From NCBI GenBank assembly GCA_010909165.1, contig MU008167.1, forward strand, positions 1,116,001-1,180,000: a stretch of DNA of 64,000 nt, given 5' to 3'. The notes under the pieces were generated by a model, which was given only the letters and a program-made list of their open reading frames with translations, ran no database searches and was not told the DNA's origin. The stretch's first letter is position 1. Each line of letters begins with the position of its first letter. The translations under genes and the position numbers were made by a program. This stretch comes from Anthoceros angustus (taxonomy: Eukaryota; Plantae; Anthocerotophyta). Below, one piece after another: positions 22,161-34,259 of the stretch.

Positions 22161-23456
22161 CTAGACTGACCCTACTAAACAATGTGCCTCTGAGGGAGAG
22201 GGTGAACTGAGGAAGAGTAAGACAAGTGGTTATGTGAGATTTGGCCTAGGAAGATCACCATATATGTTCCAAAAGTTCACTTAGGGTGCTGATGTTTGCT
22301 TTGTGTTATTGTGTTCTACTTGGAGCGCTCTTGATAATATGTGCTGGAGCCTTGAAGTATTACTGGGTAGTGTCAGGGCCTCTTACGTTATTGGTGTACT
22401 TGGATCAAAGTACCTCCTTTACGCACACTCATAAAGGCTCCTTCTATGTACCTACATGGGCTCTATTTTGATGTCACTATTATAGTGCACTTAAATAACA
22501 TTTTACTTATACATCATTTTAAGTTTTTTTTTTGTACTTTTAAAAGTGGGTAATCATGTGAAGGTCTTTCGTACGATTTGTATATTTTACATATTGATGT
22601 AAATCTTACCTACCAGCTTGCAAATATATGCACTACTTTGGGTGACTTTATCTACTTTGTGTAACCTTGGCCTTCCTTGAAACTTGTAACTACCTTCTTG
22701 TCTTATCGGTAAGGATTTTGTTTAAAATAAGCCCTACACGGCTACATATTCGGACAGGACACTTGTGATGTCTTGTACTAGTGCTTAATGAATCTCAAAC
22801 TCACCAATAATCTAATACATTTCATTGTGATGTGTAGTTGATAATCACATAAATTTCAGTAGTGCATGAGGCATGATTTCACCTAACAGGCGCTTAGGTT
22901 GGCTTACCTCCGACACTTGAGATCAGTGTGGATGAAAATTCGTTCTGCAGAGTTCGACCTGTGGCATATGTAGTGACATTTGTCTTTTGCCCGATCAAAG
23001 GTTTGGTTCATCGTGCTAGATACGAGCCTTATTGTTGCTATTTCCGAACACGTATCTTCGTTCATACTGTTCTCTGGACCGCTCTTGAAGGTATGTACCA
23101 CGATGCGCCCAGCGCAGGTTTGCAAGAGCATCTTGTAAGCACTTCCTTCGTGTCAGCGCCAAATTGCAATATGCAGTTAAAACGATCACATCAGCTCTTC
23201 ATACAGTAGCAGACATCCCATGTTGGTGTAGAACGAAGAAAGCCATCATCCAAGTCCGATTGCAGATGCTGCCGAGGTGGAGCATGCGCGTCTTAGCCCT
23301 CTGCAGCCTTGTCGCGACACCAGGAAGGAAGTAGTGCTGAATCCTGATGAGACCATAGCCGTTTCCTGCATCCGGCAACTTGCGTGTAAATTCTGCAGCA
23401 CTCCGGGGAATCGTCTGTGTAAACTCTGCAGAACCGTCTCCCTGCCGGAGCTTTCA

Positions 23457-23969
23457 ATGGCGGGATTGAGCTGCATTAATCTGCCTTTGCCTTTGCCGCT
23501 GCCATCGCCTTGTAAAACACACAGGCGGCAATGCCGGCGCAGTCTAAGAGCCTCCAACAACAAGGATAGGTCGAATTACATAGAGATAGGCAGTGCAAGG
23601 AAAGACCTCGGGGACGCGGTGGAGATCCGGCTGAAGAGGCCCGTAGAGCCGCAAACAAGGAGCTCGTCCAGAGGCAAAGCTCCCCCGCCTGCCGTAGTGG
23701 TCCTGCCGCAGGTGGATTCGCCTCCGGAGCAGCAGACGCTGATAGTGGAGGCCACCAAGAGGGGCCGTGGAGGGAAGACGGTGACCATTGTCAAGGGTTT
23801 GCAGCTGCGGCTGGAGTCCATGGAAGCTCTGTGTAAGCAGCTCAAGACCAAGCTAGGTAGCGGCGGCTCTGTCAAGGACGGGCAAGTGGAGATCCAAGGC
23901 GACCACACGCAGAAGCTGGTGGACGAGCTCGGGCAGCTGGGATACAAGGCAAAGAAGTCAGGAAGGTGA
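23457..23969 (+). CDS. yciH: Bacterial-type SUI1/YciH translation initiation factor with predicted plastid transit peptide, 170 aa, intronless
   Basis: GRGGKTVTIVKGL...LCKQLKTKLGSGGSVKDGQVEIQGDH...GYKAKKSG; N-terminus Ser/Pro/Arg-rich and acid-free up to ...RRSLRAS. Confidence 0.88.
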   Translation: MAGLSCINLPLPLPLPSPCKTHRRQCRRSLRASNNKDRSNYIEIGSARKDLGDAVEIRLKRPVEPQTRSSSRGKAPPPAVVVLPQVDSPPEQQTLIVEATKRGRGGKTVTIVKGLQLRLESMEALCKQLKTKLGSGGSVKDGQVEIQGDHTQKLVDELGQLGYKAKKSGR

Positions 23970-24645
23970 AGATAGGTTTGCTTAATCTCCTCCTTCTGTG
24001 CATCGTCAAGCCTCTGCTGGGAGCAGATTCGTCTCAAACAGCACTGCTGTATTATACTACTGTACGTGGCTTCCTCACAAAGCTTGGAAGGAGTGAATCT
24101 TTCACTGAGGGACAGAGATTGTACATAGTCATCTTACAAAAGAAACAGATTTTGTAAAACCATAGGGATGCAGTTCAGAAACATGGAAGTCATCTTGAAG
24201 GGAGACAGGTTCCTGTCTGGAGTTGTTACGGAAACCTTGTGCTGAAAGGCCGGAGATTCAACAAACTCCAGGAGATTTCAGGACTGTCGAAGAACAGGAT
24301 CAGTTGTCATCCAATGGTCTTTCAGGCAGAGCCTTCGCTACGCTGTTGTCAAACATGGATTGAAGACCAATTAGGTGCAACATTTGAAGTCCAGCTGCAA
24401 AGCTCCTGCTCAGAAATGAATTCCCCTTGCATCAGCTGTTGCCAAATGAGTTCCAGCACTGCGTGATGCCTGCGAGGGTGGAAGAAGCATGCAAGGCACA
24501 TACCTAGTTGTTAATTTAGAGCTAATTTTCTATATCACAACTAACGAGACTTTGCACGCCTGTAAGGAGACCGTGAAATCTGAATCGAGGAATCGAAAAA
24601 CCCAAAACCCTGCATTGGCCCGTTGGGGCTTGCTCGAATTTGGCC

Positions 24646-27600
24646 ATGGAGGCAGCGGTGGTAATGCCAATGGCGGGCTGCTGCCGCCCGGCACAGGCTC
24701 CTGACGACCTGGCTCTGCTCAGCTCCTCCAGGTCGCTCCTTCAGGGTAGCCCTCTGCTTAGCAGACTCAGACTGTGCAACTTGGCGCCTTGCTGGAAATT
24801 CGGGGGAAGAAGCAGAGGGAGGGTTGTGACGGCTACGAGAAAGCAGCTCTTCATTGATTGGTTAGAGGAAGATAATCAGCCTAAGAAGCGCAATGAACCT
24901 GAGAAGAATGAGGTGGTGGAGATTCTTGAGGTGAGACTACCACGGTGTAGGCGTAAGCATTGTGTGTGACTGGATTCCGGCTTCAGAATGCTATCTCGGA
25001 CGAGATATTGCGTTTGTGACTCTGCTGCCTGTAATGGTGATCAATTGTTGGGGTGAACAGAGTGTGAGGCAAGCAGAAATAAAGCGGGTGGGGGAGCTTG
25101 ATGAAGCGAAACGAGTTCTGGACCTGCAACTGCACAGGGAGGCCGTGATGCTCTCTAGCTGGGAGAAATTTTTGCAAAAATTTCAGGGGAAGCTCAGAGG
25201 AACGGAACACGATCCTATCCCTTCCCATGATATTCCCTTCAGTGATTTCTTGAATCTTTTGGAGGAGAACAGGATTCAGTATCTGAACTACAAGGACCTT
25301 GGTCGTGAGACTTCAGGCAAGTCATTGATCCGTAAAGTCGATTCTTCAGGGTAAGCCCTTGTATGTGCAGCTGTGGTTGCTGAAGCTTTGCAATTGCAGT
25401 GGTGCTGCCGTACTTGGAAGACAATGAGGAAGGTGCAGCCGCTGAAACTCAGAAGGACAAGGATTTGACTGAGGCGCCGGTTGTGTACAAGCGCCATACA
25501 GTGGAGCACATGCCAATTGATGCCTGGAATGATGTGTGGAGGAAGCTTCATGAACAGCTTGTTCATGTGGAGGTGGAACATCCTAATGTTTTTACTCAGC
25601 AAGTCTATCCAACCATTGAGACTGCACTAGTGTGGGCGCTGCGGCTCTTTGTAGCTGTGAAACTGTACAATTGGCTTGATAAAAAGCTTTATCCTATCTA
25701 CAAGCTGAAGCCTCTAGATAGAAGGCCTGTCAAGCGGCGACCAAAGCTTGGTTCCGGCGATTCGGATCTTGGCGCTCTTGGTCAAAGTCGGTATGTTATC
25801 TCTGCCTTTACGGCTGATGATAATCAGTGGATGACTGGAGGAAGGATAGTTTCGGGACCTGCTGACTTCAAATTGGGTGCCTTTCCACAGGGCAAGGTTT
25901 ATATCTGCAGAGGAGAGTACTGGTGTGACTTTTGACGACTTTGCAGGGCAAGAATATGTTAAGCGAGAACTCCAAGAAGTTGTTAACATTCTTAAGGATG
26001 ACAAAGAGTTTGAAGACCTTGGCATCTACTGTCCGAAAGGCGTGCTATTGTATGGCCCGCCAGGGACTGGCAAAACCCTGCTTGCAAAAGCTATTGCTGG
26101 TGAAGCTGGCGTTCCATTCTTTTCTGCAAGTGGCTCAGAGTTTGTGGAGGTTAGCTCTTTCATGGCTTTGTCTGGTTGTTTAGGCAATATAGTCAGTCTG
26201 CTGATATCCCATCTCTGTTTGCCTTGCGGCAGATGTTTGTTGGTGTGGCCGCAGCTCGTGTACGTGACCTCTTCAGTCGTGCTCGGCAATTTGCGCCATC
26301 TATTGTTTTCATCGATGAGATAGATGCGATCGGTGCAAAACGTGGGGGGCCTGATCTTGGAGGGGTAAAGGCTGAAAGCCTTCACAATGCATCTTTGCTT
26401 TTTGATTGCAGGGTGGTGTGGAAAGAAAATAATTTTGGTTGCAGGCTCCTGGAATTGAAGAACTGAGTTATTTGACTTGCCTCTTTTGCAGGGTGGTGTG
26501 GAAAGAGAGCAAGGTCTGGTGCAAATATTGACGGAGCTTGATGGTTTTCAAAGTCAGAGTACGAAGGTATGTCATTTCTCCTAGTGCACATTAAAGGATA
26601 ATTTAGTGCTTGCAAGTAGTGTGCAGCACCATTATTTGTGCTCAATCCTCACGGTCTGGGTTTCAGGTTCTGGTTGTTGGGGCAACCAATAGGCTTGACA
26701 TGCTGGATCCTGCATTATTGAGAAAAGGACGCTTTGACAAAACCATTGGAGTTGGTCTACCAACTGAAGAAGGGAGATTAGCCATTCTTAAGGTGCACTT
26801 ATCATTATCTTGTGAGGTCCACTACTGTGCCTATGTCATGGAGGGTTGCTGAAGTGATCTCTACTTGATCAGGTTCATGCAAGGAACAAGATGTTCCGAT
26901 CAGATGCAGAGAAAGAGGAGCTGCTTCAGGAAATTGCAAAGCTTACCTACGATTTTAGTGGAGCAGAGCTTCAAAATGTGCTGTAAGAAGGGCACTTTTA
27001 CTCTCAGTAGAAGTAGGATATTCTCAGAGTGTGTTAACTCCTTTCTGTCTGGAAGCCTGGCAGAAATGAGGCCGCTATCTTAGCTGCTCGAAAGGATAAG
27101 GACCTGGTTGAAAGGGCAGAGCTTTTGGAGGCTTTGAAGAGAGTAAGCGACTGTGTGGCTGCTTGCATTTTCTCAAGTCGGGTGGCAATTGTTGTCTTTA
27201 CTTGTCTGCATCCAAAACAGCAGTCTTGTCATGTCTTGTCTATTCTCTGTTGTTTTCCTTCGTGTTTCCAACCGTTTCTGTACCATTTTGGCTGAAACAT
27301 ATGTCCCCCGTTGCAGCAAGAAGGCTCCTTTTCGACTGGAGAGGAAGATGTTGTTGATATCACAGGGGAAGCAAGGCTCAGAATTGCCTACAGAGAAGCA
27401 GCTATAGCAGTGCTAGAGTGCTGTGTTCCCAACCGCCACAGGCCATTCACAAAAGTGGGTACTGCAAATCACCTGGTTCTTGAGATTTCAGTAGGCGCAG
27501 TTGTCTTAAGCGACTGAATTGCAGTATTTTGATACCTGTCACATCGTTTCTGTGTTTTTCTTTCTGTTCAGACACACATCAGAGACATCGACACCTTTCC

Positions 27601-28874
27601 AAACATCGAGTATACTGAGCCCAGATATCGAGTGTTTGCCAAGAAATCAGACATTGTGGACTCCATTGTTCGATCATGTGCTTGTGAGTTCTCAAAGCCT
27701 CAACTCGAAGCTCACAGATGCAGTATTGAGTTTCATGTCGTTGCGAGTTGTGCCATCTTTCGTTTGGGCTAAATTAGTCGTAGATGAGGTGCAGTGGATG
27801 GCTAATAACAGCTGCATGACTCTCAGCCAGAATTGTTGAGGAGCAGATCTTCGGGGCTCAGAATGTCTCTTGGAAGTCAGGAACTGCTCTGGGAGAAGCT
27901 GGTTTGCTTGCAGATTACTTGATTCTCAAGTCAGGCATGACAGCCTTAGGGCCGATCCATCACCGTACTCAACAGGATGTTATGATCCATGTAGGTCTGC
28001 CCACTGGCATATTTCCAGTCATCCAGATAACCTTCTCTTACGACTGGTGGGTGATTTTGCATCTTGCTGACAATGTCCTTTTCATGTTCCCCGTTCAGAT
28101 GGGACCCAAGGTGGTGGCTCTCAGGGACGAGTATATGAGATTTGCTGTTGAGACGTGCTCGTCTATGCTCAAGGAGTACCGTTCTGCATTAGAAACGGTT
28201 GCAGGTATGGCATCTGGTTCGTGCCGCATTTGCTCCTCTGTGGGGAGATGGGGATAATGGTGCCATCTCCGATTTCCCTCAACATGGACTTACTTGTTCC
28301 TTGCATCACCCAGCACGGCTTTTGGAAAAGGAGGAGATCTCAGCTGCAGAAGTTTACGACATTTTTCAAAAGGCACCCCGCATACCTCAGGTATAGACTT
28401 CCGTCTTGTTAAACAGCCAGGTCCATTCTCTTGGATAACTATCCCATAACAGGTCAGACGAGCGCTCGTTCCCGAATTTGAACTCAATCCGATTACCGTA
28501 ATATGCAGCCTCCTGTACGACCGGTTGACGAACATGGAGCCCTTGTCTATGCTGGGCGGTGGGGAATATATGGAGTCACCCTTCCTGGCAGAGTCACCTT
28601 CAACCCTGGGAATTGTGGGTTCGCTACCTTTGGCGCTCCTCGACCACAGCAGGTCAGGCTTTCGGAATCCCTCCCACGAGCATCTACTTTGGTCTCACTC
28701 TTGTCTGGGTTGCTTCTAACACGGTTGCCCTTTCTGCAACAGCTGCAATTCATCAAGGACGAAACCTGGAAAATGATGGATGAACTTGCTGCGCGAAATC
28801 TCGCGGACCTGGCAAAGAAATACGAAGATGTGGATGAAGTAGGAGACGTTTTATTCTCGCGTCAATTCTTATGA
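24646..28874 (+). CDS. FTSHI4: FtsH-inactive AAA ATPase FtsHi4 (chloroplast), about 15 exons
   Basis: [17 protein letters not shown], Walker [39 protein letters not shown]; AYREAA in place of HEXXH; C-terminal [16 protein letters not shown] is characteristic of FtsHi4. Confidence 0.93.
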
Positions 28875-29155
28875 GCGTAGCCCAAGACCTGGACCTGCTT
28901 CCAACCTCAGGGCTGGCTTACATTGCTGCCACCAGGCGGCCAAATCGAGATGTAACGTAGAAACAGGAGTTTTGTGTATTTTGCCTCCAAAACTTTGTGC
29001 AGCGCAAGGTTTGGCTATTATTTAACTTGCGGAAAGCGCCAGAAGGTTTGAATCGAGAGCAAACCGCGCCGTCGACACCTCCGCCCCGTGGAAAGCGAGG
29101 CATTACACTTGCAACGCCATTTTCAGTGTCGAGCACTCGGCTTTCAGCGAGAAGC

Positions 29156-29896
29156 ATGGCGAGCGCTGTGGTAAGCCAAGCTTTGGTAGAGGCGCTCCCG
29201 GGCTGTTTGGAATCTTCCTTCCTTCCTTTCTTTGGCTTTCCTTTCCCTGCACTTGTGTTTGGAATTGCTTGACGTCTTGCTTTGCCTGAAGATTTGCAAT
29301 TGGGGACGTTGCAGGATGGGAGGCAGGGAGCGGCTCATGACACGGCGGATCCAGCTCAGAGCACTGCCGATCTGACGGCCTTTGTAAGCCATTTCAGAGC
29401 TTAGCTTGAAATTTGGGGTTTTAGCAGGACACGGGTTGGGTGCAGCAGTTTGACACCGTTGCGATCTTGGCACTTGTGCAGGTGCAAAACCTTTTGCAGC
29501 AAATGGTGCGCCTCGTGCTCTTGAAATGCCTGTGTCTGTCGGTGCATTGGCTATTTCCTAGGATTGTGGCAACTAGGGGATAGCCGAACTCATTTGGACT
29601 TGTTGTGTTGCAGCAAATGAGGTTTCAAACTATGTCGGACAACATCATATCGAAAAATATCCTTGTTAGTCGTTGCATTTATGAGGGTGAATTACTTTGC
29701 TGTTGACTGGATAGAAAAAGGGTTTCTGGTTTCTCGTGTAGCTGATTTTCTTAACGCCCTTGCACTTGATGAGATGGGGACCCGCATTGATGACTTGGAG
29801 AAAAGCGTGGGTGATCTCTTGAAGGAGGCAACCCAGGATGCTGGCCAGGTTCCAGCTACTCAGCAGCAACCACAAAGCGGCATTTCAGCTCAATGA
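29156..29896 (+). CDS. HSBP: Heat shock factor-binding protein (HSBP1), 5 exons
   Basis: Exons 29156-29170, 29315-29383, 29482-29505, 29614-29656, 29766-29896 give MASAV|DG...STADLTAF|VQNLLQQM|QMRFQTMSDNIISKI|DEMGTRIDDLEKSV... Confidence 0.92.
29657..29765 (+). other. U12-type (minor spliceosome) AT-AC intron
   Basis: 5' ATATCCTT, branch site TTCTTAAC at 29748-29755, 3' AC; removal restores K-I-D-E-M. Confidence 0.92.
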
Positions 29897-30759
29897 GCTT
29901 TCGCAGGCTGCTTTTTCCTGTTTTACAACATTTCCAGAACCTCCCTCGTCCAGGAGTTTATTGTATCTCTCTTCTCCGGCCTCGCAGCAGGGGGGTTTCC
30001 TGAAGTAAGTCCGGAGAGCAGGCGCGGCTGAGGGCAGGTTGTTGAGGACCGGGTGATCACTCTAGGTTGTGCACGTATGCGTTTTCTGTGTTAGTAATTT
30101 TACAAAATCTGTTTCCCATTAAGGGGGCTACCAGTTTGTCCATGTGTCTGCAGTTGCTGGATCAGTACCTTTCCTAGGTATTCTGTCTTGCTTGTGAAGC
30201 TGACTTCGTACAATCTTTCTCCCTGTTTGTGGCCCAATTCCTGACTAGAGATGGTTCTCAGGAGCCTGAGAAATTCAGTCCTTCCAAGCCTTGTGGGGAA
30301 GCCAGGTACAGTAGTAGGACACGGTAGGGATACAGCACGATGAAGATTGCTGTCTGAGACGAATATGCCCAGCAAGGGACTCTGCTGTCTGAGACGAATA
30401 TGTCCCAGCAGAGGCTTCGTTTGCACACATCGACGAGTTCGTCATGCTACCTTTTACTCTCACTTCTTGGCCTGCTCATGCGGGGAATGCAAAAGCTCTC
30501 TTACTAAGTGCCAATACTTGGCATATCCCATACTTCGGGGGTTTTTTGGGCACGGTTTGAGAATGTGTTGAATGGCAACCCCCACTGCCTGTGGATAGGA
30601 GAAAGCCCGCTTATCGCAATAACAATGAGGTGCAGACGATTAAAATATCCATCTCGACAAAGAGGGTGGAGGGTTGGGGAATGAAGGTGGTGGAGGGTTG
30701 GGGACCGAGGGTGGTAGGTGGTTTGGCAGTGGTGAGGTTCAAAGTGAAGATCAACGTGG

Positions 30760-31110
30760 GGGTTGGGAGTGACGAGGTTCGATCTAATCCATTCGGCCGC
30801 AACCCTTGAGATCCAAGGCGGACACCATGTCAGTATTCCAGTGTTCAACCCAGAATTGGTGGGGAGCTGGAATGCCCACATGGCGCCCTGGAATGCCCAC
30901 ATGGCGTCAGCGTTGGTTCTCATGAGCTGCAGCGACATCCATCCGGAGGGGGAGGAAGAATCACATCGATCCAGAGGGAGAAGAAGAGCCCTAGATTGTT
31001 CAAAGCTCGACATGGTAGAGCACCAGGTTGCAATGGGACTGCATCAAAAGAAAATGGCTCACGGATCAATGATGGCCCATCCGAAAGGTTGTTGCCTTCA
31101 AGACATGTGT
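30760..31110. pseudogene. Fragments: BACK-SPRY-like piece (+) joined to a bulb-lectin piece (-)
   Basis: RFDLIH...WNA resembles ORF 41946-43607; ~31005-31105 is similar to lectin 49310-49410 (catggtagagcaccaggttgcaat...ccatccgaaag). Confidence 0.65.
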
Positions 31111-31184
31111 TCCACATACATCCACAACCTAGAGTGATATAGCTGACTGCTGATTGATTCCATGACTGAGTTGTGATTCTGGGC

Positions 31185-31680
31185 ACTTTCTGCATGTGAA
31201 AAACCTTCTGCAGCAATTGGTGCGCCTCCTGCTCCTGAAATGCTTGTGATCTGTCCTCTGTGCTAGGATTGTGGCAGCTAGTGAATAACTCTGGACTCTG
31301 GACTTAATATGTCGGGTAACGGATTTTCTTAACGCTCTTGCAATGCATGAGCTGGGGACCCGCATTGAGGACTTTGCAGAAAGACTTGTGTGGTACCTTG
31401 AAGGTGGCAACCCAGGATGCTGGCCAAGATTCCAGAAACTCAGCAGAAAACAAAGTGGAATGAAGAGGGGTTTCCTTAGACAAGTTAGAAGAGCGAGCAG
31501 ACGCGGGTGAGGGCAGTCTATCACAGACGGGGTGCTCAATCTTGTTCGTGTGTGCTCTCTGTGTTAGTATTTTCACAAACACTATTTCCCTTGAAGTAGG
31601 TTACTGTCTATTGCTGGATCAGTAACGGATTCCCATAATCTGCTTCCCTTTAAGCTGACCACCTACCTACAGCTGCACTC
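31185..31680 (+). pseudogene. Degenerate HSBP fragment, copy 1
   Basis: Similar to 29472-30210 with internal deletions; retains the ttcttaac branch site. Confidence 0.8.
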
Positions 31681-31689
31681 ACATGCGGC

Positions 31690-32665
31690 GAGGAGACGTG
31701 TCATCACTTGGGAGGCTCTGAGACGGGACTCACTTGGGATGCTGTCCATGTGAAGTTTGAGTATGAAGGAGAAACGGATTACCTGGAAACTGACTTGTTG
31801 TCATTTGGGCCTGGTTTGGACGGGAACATGATTGGGAAATTATATCGGATGTCTTATCTGCCTCTAGACGAAGGACCTGCTGCTTTGATTGCCATGCATG
31901 CAAGGTAAAGTTTCATACAGGCCCATATTGCAGCTCTTGTGCTAGACGCTGAGGAGTTCTGTTTCTGCCTGGTCCCTTTCTGTCGTCGCTGGTGCGTTTG
32001 ATACCCTCAGCAGGACATGCGAGCTCCTGTAGCCAGATATTTGTTTACTTGGTGTGCACCTCAACGTGGTGGCAGTTGCTCAGATTGCAAATGCAAGGAA
32101 GACTCTGCTTCATGCAGAAGCTACACTGGTACTGTGGGTGGTTGAGGAGGATTGGGGCCCTGTTGTGGTGAACAAGATGGCTCTCATTGACGATTCTGAA
32201 AATGCCAAACTGGAAAAGAAGGGTATGCAGGCCACTAAAGGAGTTGAAACTACTCCTTCCTCAGGTAGTTCCAAGTCCTCGTAGACTTGAACAGAGTCTT
32301 TTGCAGACCTCCCTGCGATCAGCCATGTTTTGAGTAATGGGTACGTTGTCTGACAGATTGATTGTTTTACAGACTGATAGCCTACCAGTCGGTTGTATCA
32401 GCAAGAGATGGAGAGGAGTTTGCTCTGATTTCAGCCCTCTCCTCTCAGATCTGATAACCTACCAGTTGGTGGTATCAGTACGAGTCAGATTGCTCTGTTT
32501 CTTGTCGATAACAGGTTCCTGGCTCTTCTCCCTTTCTTCGGTTGATTCTGTTTTATGAGAAATCTGTGTGGACCCGCTAGAAGGTGACGGTTGGGTAGCA
32601 TGCTTGTCAGGTAGGGTCGGCTTGCAGCCCGGGGATGCTGATATCGGCAGGTGGCTGCGGAGGAT
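31690..32665 (+). pseudogene. Inverted, scrambled Der fragments with introns retained
   Basis: 31690-32410 matches the reverse complement of ~14772-14040; ~32498-32663 matches the reverse complement of ~15410-15225; stops and frameshifts present. Confidence 0.85.
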
Positions 32666-33375
32666 AGTGCCACTGAATAACTACTCTGGACTCGAGTATT
32701 ATAAGCAGATGAGGTTTCAAAGCATGCCGGTCGAGGATCATATCTCGCAAATTCTAGTTTTCCTGTGTACCTGATTTTCTGAACGCCCTTGCAATGATTG
32801 AGTTGGGGACCTGCATCCATGACTTTGGAGAGAAGCGTGTGTTCTGATATCTTGAAGGAGCCAACCCACAGGATGCTGGCCAAGATTCCAGAAACTCAGC
32901 AGCAAAACAAAGTGGCATTCAGCTGAATGAAGTTAACTGAATGAAGCTCTCCACACGTACAAGTGAAAGCAGCTTTGATTTCCTCCTTTCAATGTCCCGA
33001 AAACCTCCCTCGTCCAGGAGTCTGTTGTCTTGCCTTGCAGCAAAGGAGGGTTCCAGGAACAAGTCAGGAGAGCGAGCAGACGCGGGTGAGGGCAGGTCAC
33101 TAGAGACCGGGTGCTCAAATCTAGCTCATTTATGATTGTGTGCGCTTTCTATGTGAGTGTTTTCACAAACTCTATTTCCCTTCAAGGAGAGTACTGCCTC
33201 TGCATTTGCTGGATCAGCAACTTTCCATAATCTGCCTCCCTTGTAAGCTGACTGCGTACAGTCTCCCATAATCTGCTTCCCTTGTAAGCTGACTACGTAC
33301 AATCTTTCTCCCTGACGAGAGATGTTCTCAGGAGTCTGAAAATTTCACTCCTTCCAAGCGTTCTGAGAAGCCCGC
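32665..33375 (+). pseudogene. Degenerate HSBP fragment, copy 2, plus downstream flank
   Basis: gcagatgaggtttcaaa...ggggacc...aggatgctggcc...; similar to ~29570-30300. Confidence 0.8.
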
Positions 33376-33669
33376 CATAGTAGTCTGATCTAGCACAACG
33401 GAGCGATGGGTGGTATAAAAATGAGTGGTTAAACCACGTACCATCGTCCACGTTCTCGTTGGTTGGCGCACACATAAAAATACAAAAAGTGGTTGATGGG
33501 GTTCTTAGTGATTGGTTTTTCCTTACCACATTAACTTCCTCTATTTTAATTGGTGCTTATATTAAAATAGTGGCTCCTTCCTCTATTCTAATTGGTACAT
33601 GTATAAAAATAATTTAAGTGATTCGACTACTTATCATTATTCACGTTTCTCTCTTTTGATTGGCGCACA

Positions 33670-33930
33670 CATAAAAATAATATAAATGTTCGTGGAATCT
33701 ACATACAACTCACACGCTGGCTATTTTGATTCGTGCAGTGGTAGTGGAAAAAATTCATAAAAATAATGTAAATGTTTGTGGAATCTATATACAACTTTAC
33801 ACGCTGGCTATTTCGATTCGTGCAGTGCTAGTGGAAAAAATTCATAAAAATAATGTAAATGTTTGTGGAATCTATATACAACTTACACGCTTGCTATTTT
33901 GATTTGTGCAGTGGTAGTGGAAAAAATTCA
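33670..33930. repeat. Three ~86-bp tandem repeats
   Basis: The atgtt(t/c)gtggaatcta motif recurs at 33686, 33772 and 33859. Confidence 0.9.
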
Positions 33931-34259
33931 CCGACCACTTCAACTGTATTTAACTATGGTAAAAGATACCATGGACACTATTTAAGCCGACAATTTCAGT
34001 GCACCTTGCATTCTAATCTAAGGACTTCTGTTGGTCTTGGTTGGATGTGGCGAGGAGCTCCGAGGTCTAGGGGTTTTGGTTGGTGTAATGAGGAAGCTAG
34101 GTGCTTAGAAGTCTTGGAGGACGTGCAGTGAAGAAGAGATGCTTAGGGATGTGGAATACATGTCTTAGATCTGAGGATTGCATAGCATTCAATAGGTATT
34201 GATATCAAGAGAGCAGAGTTTTGAATGTGTGTGGGCGAGTATTGAATGTGTGTCAATGC

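Noticed and set aside
21755-22890. Possible solo LTR starting TGTAAC
   Set aside because: I could not find a matching CA end with a TSD, so it is left uncalled.
23277-23456. 60-aa N-terminal extension of SUI1 in the ORF track
   Set aside because: It starts at GTG; the first in-frame ATG in good context is 23457, which gives a plausible transit peptide.
23457-23969. Bacterial contamination as the source of the YciH-like gene
   Set aside because: It has a eukaryotic targeting leader, sits among spliced plant genes, and has a diverged local pseudo-copy at 20916.
13638-28874. Operon-like cluster of organelle genes (Der, YciH, FtsHi4)
   Set aside because: Different strands, separated by TEs, and possibly different organelles; no evidence beyond proximity.
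31690-33375. Processed (retro) pseudogenes of Der/HSBP
   Set aside because: Intron and flanking sequences are retained and no poly(A) tail or TSD is seen.
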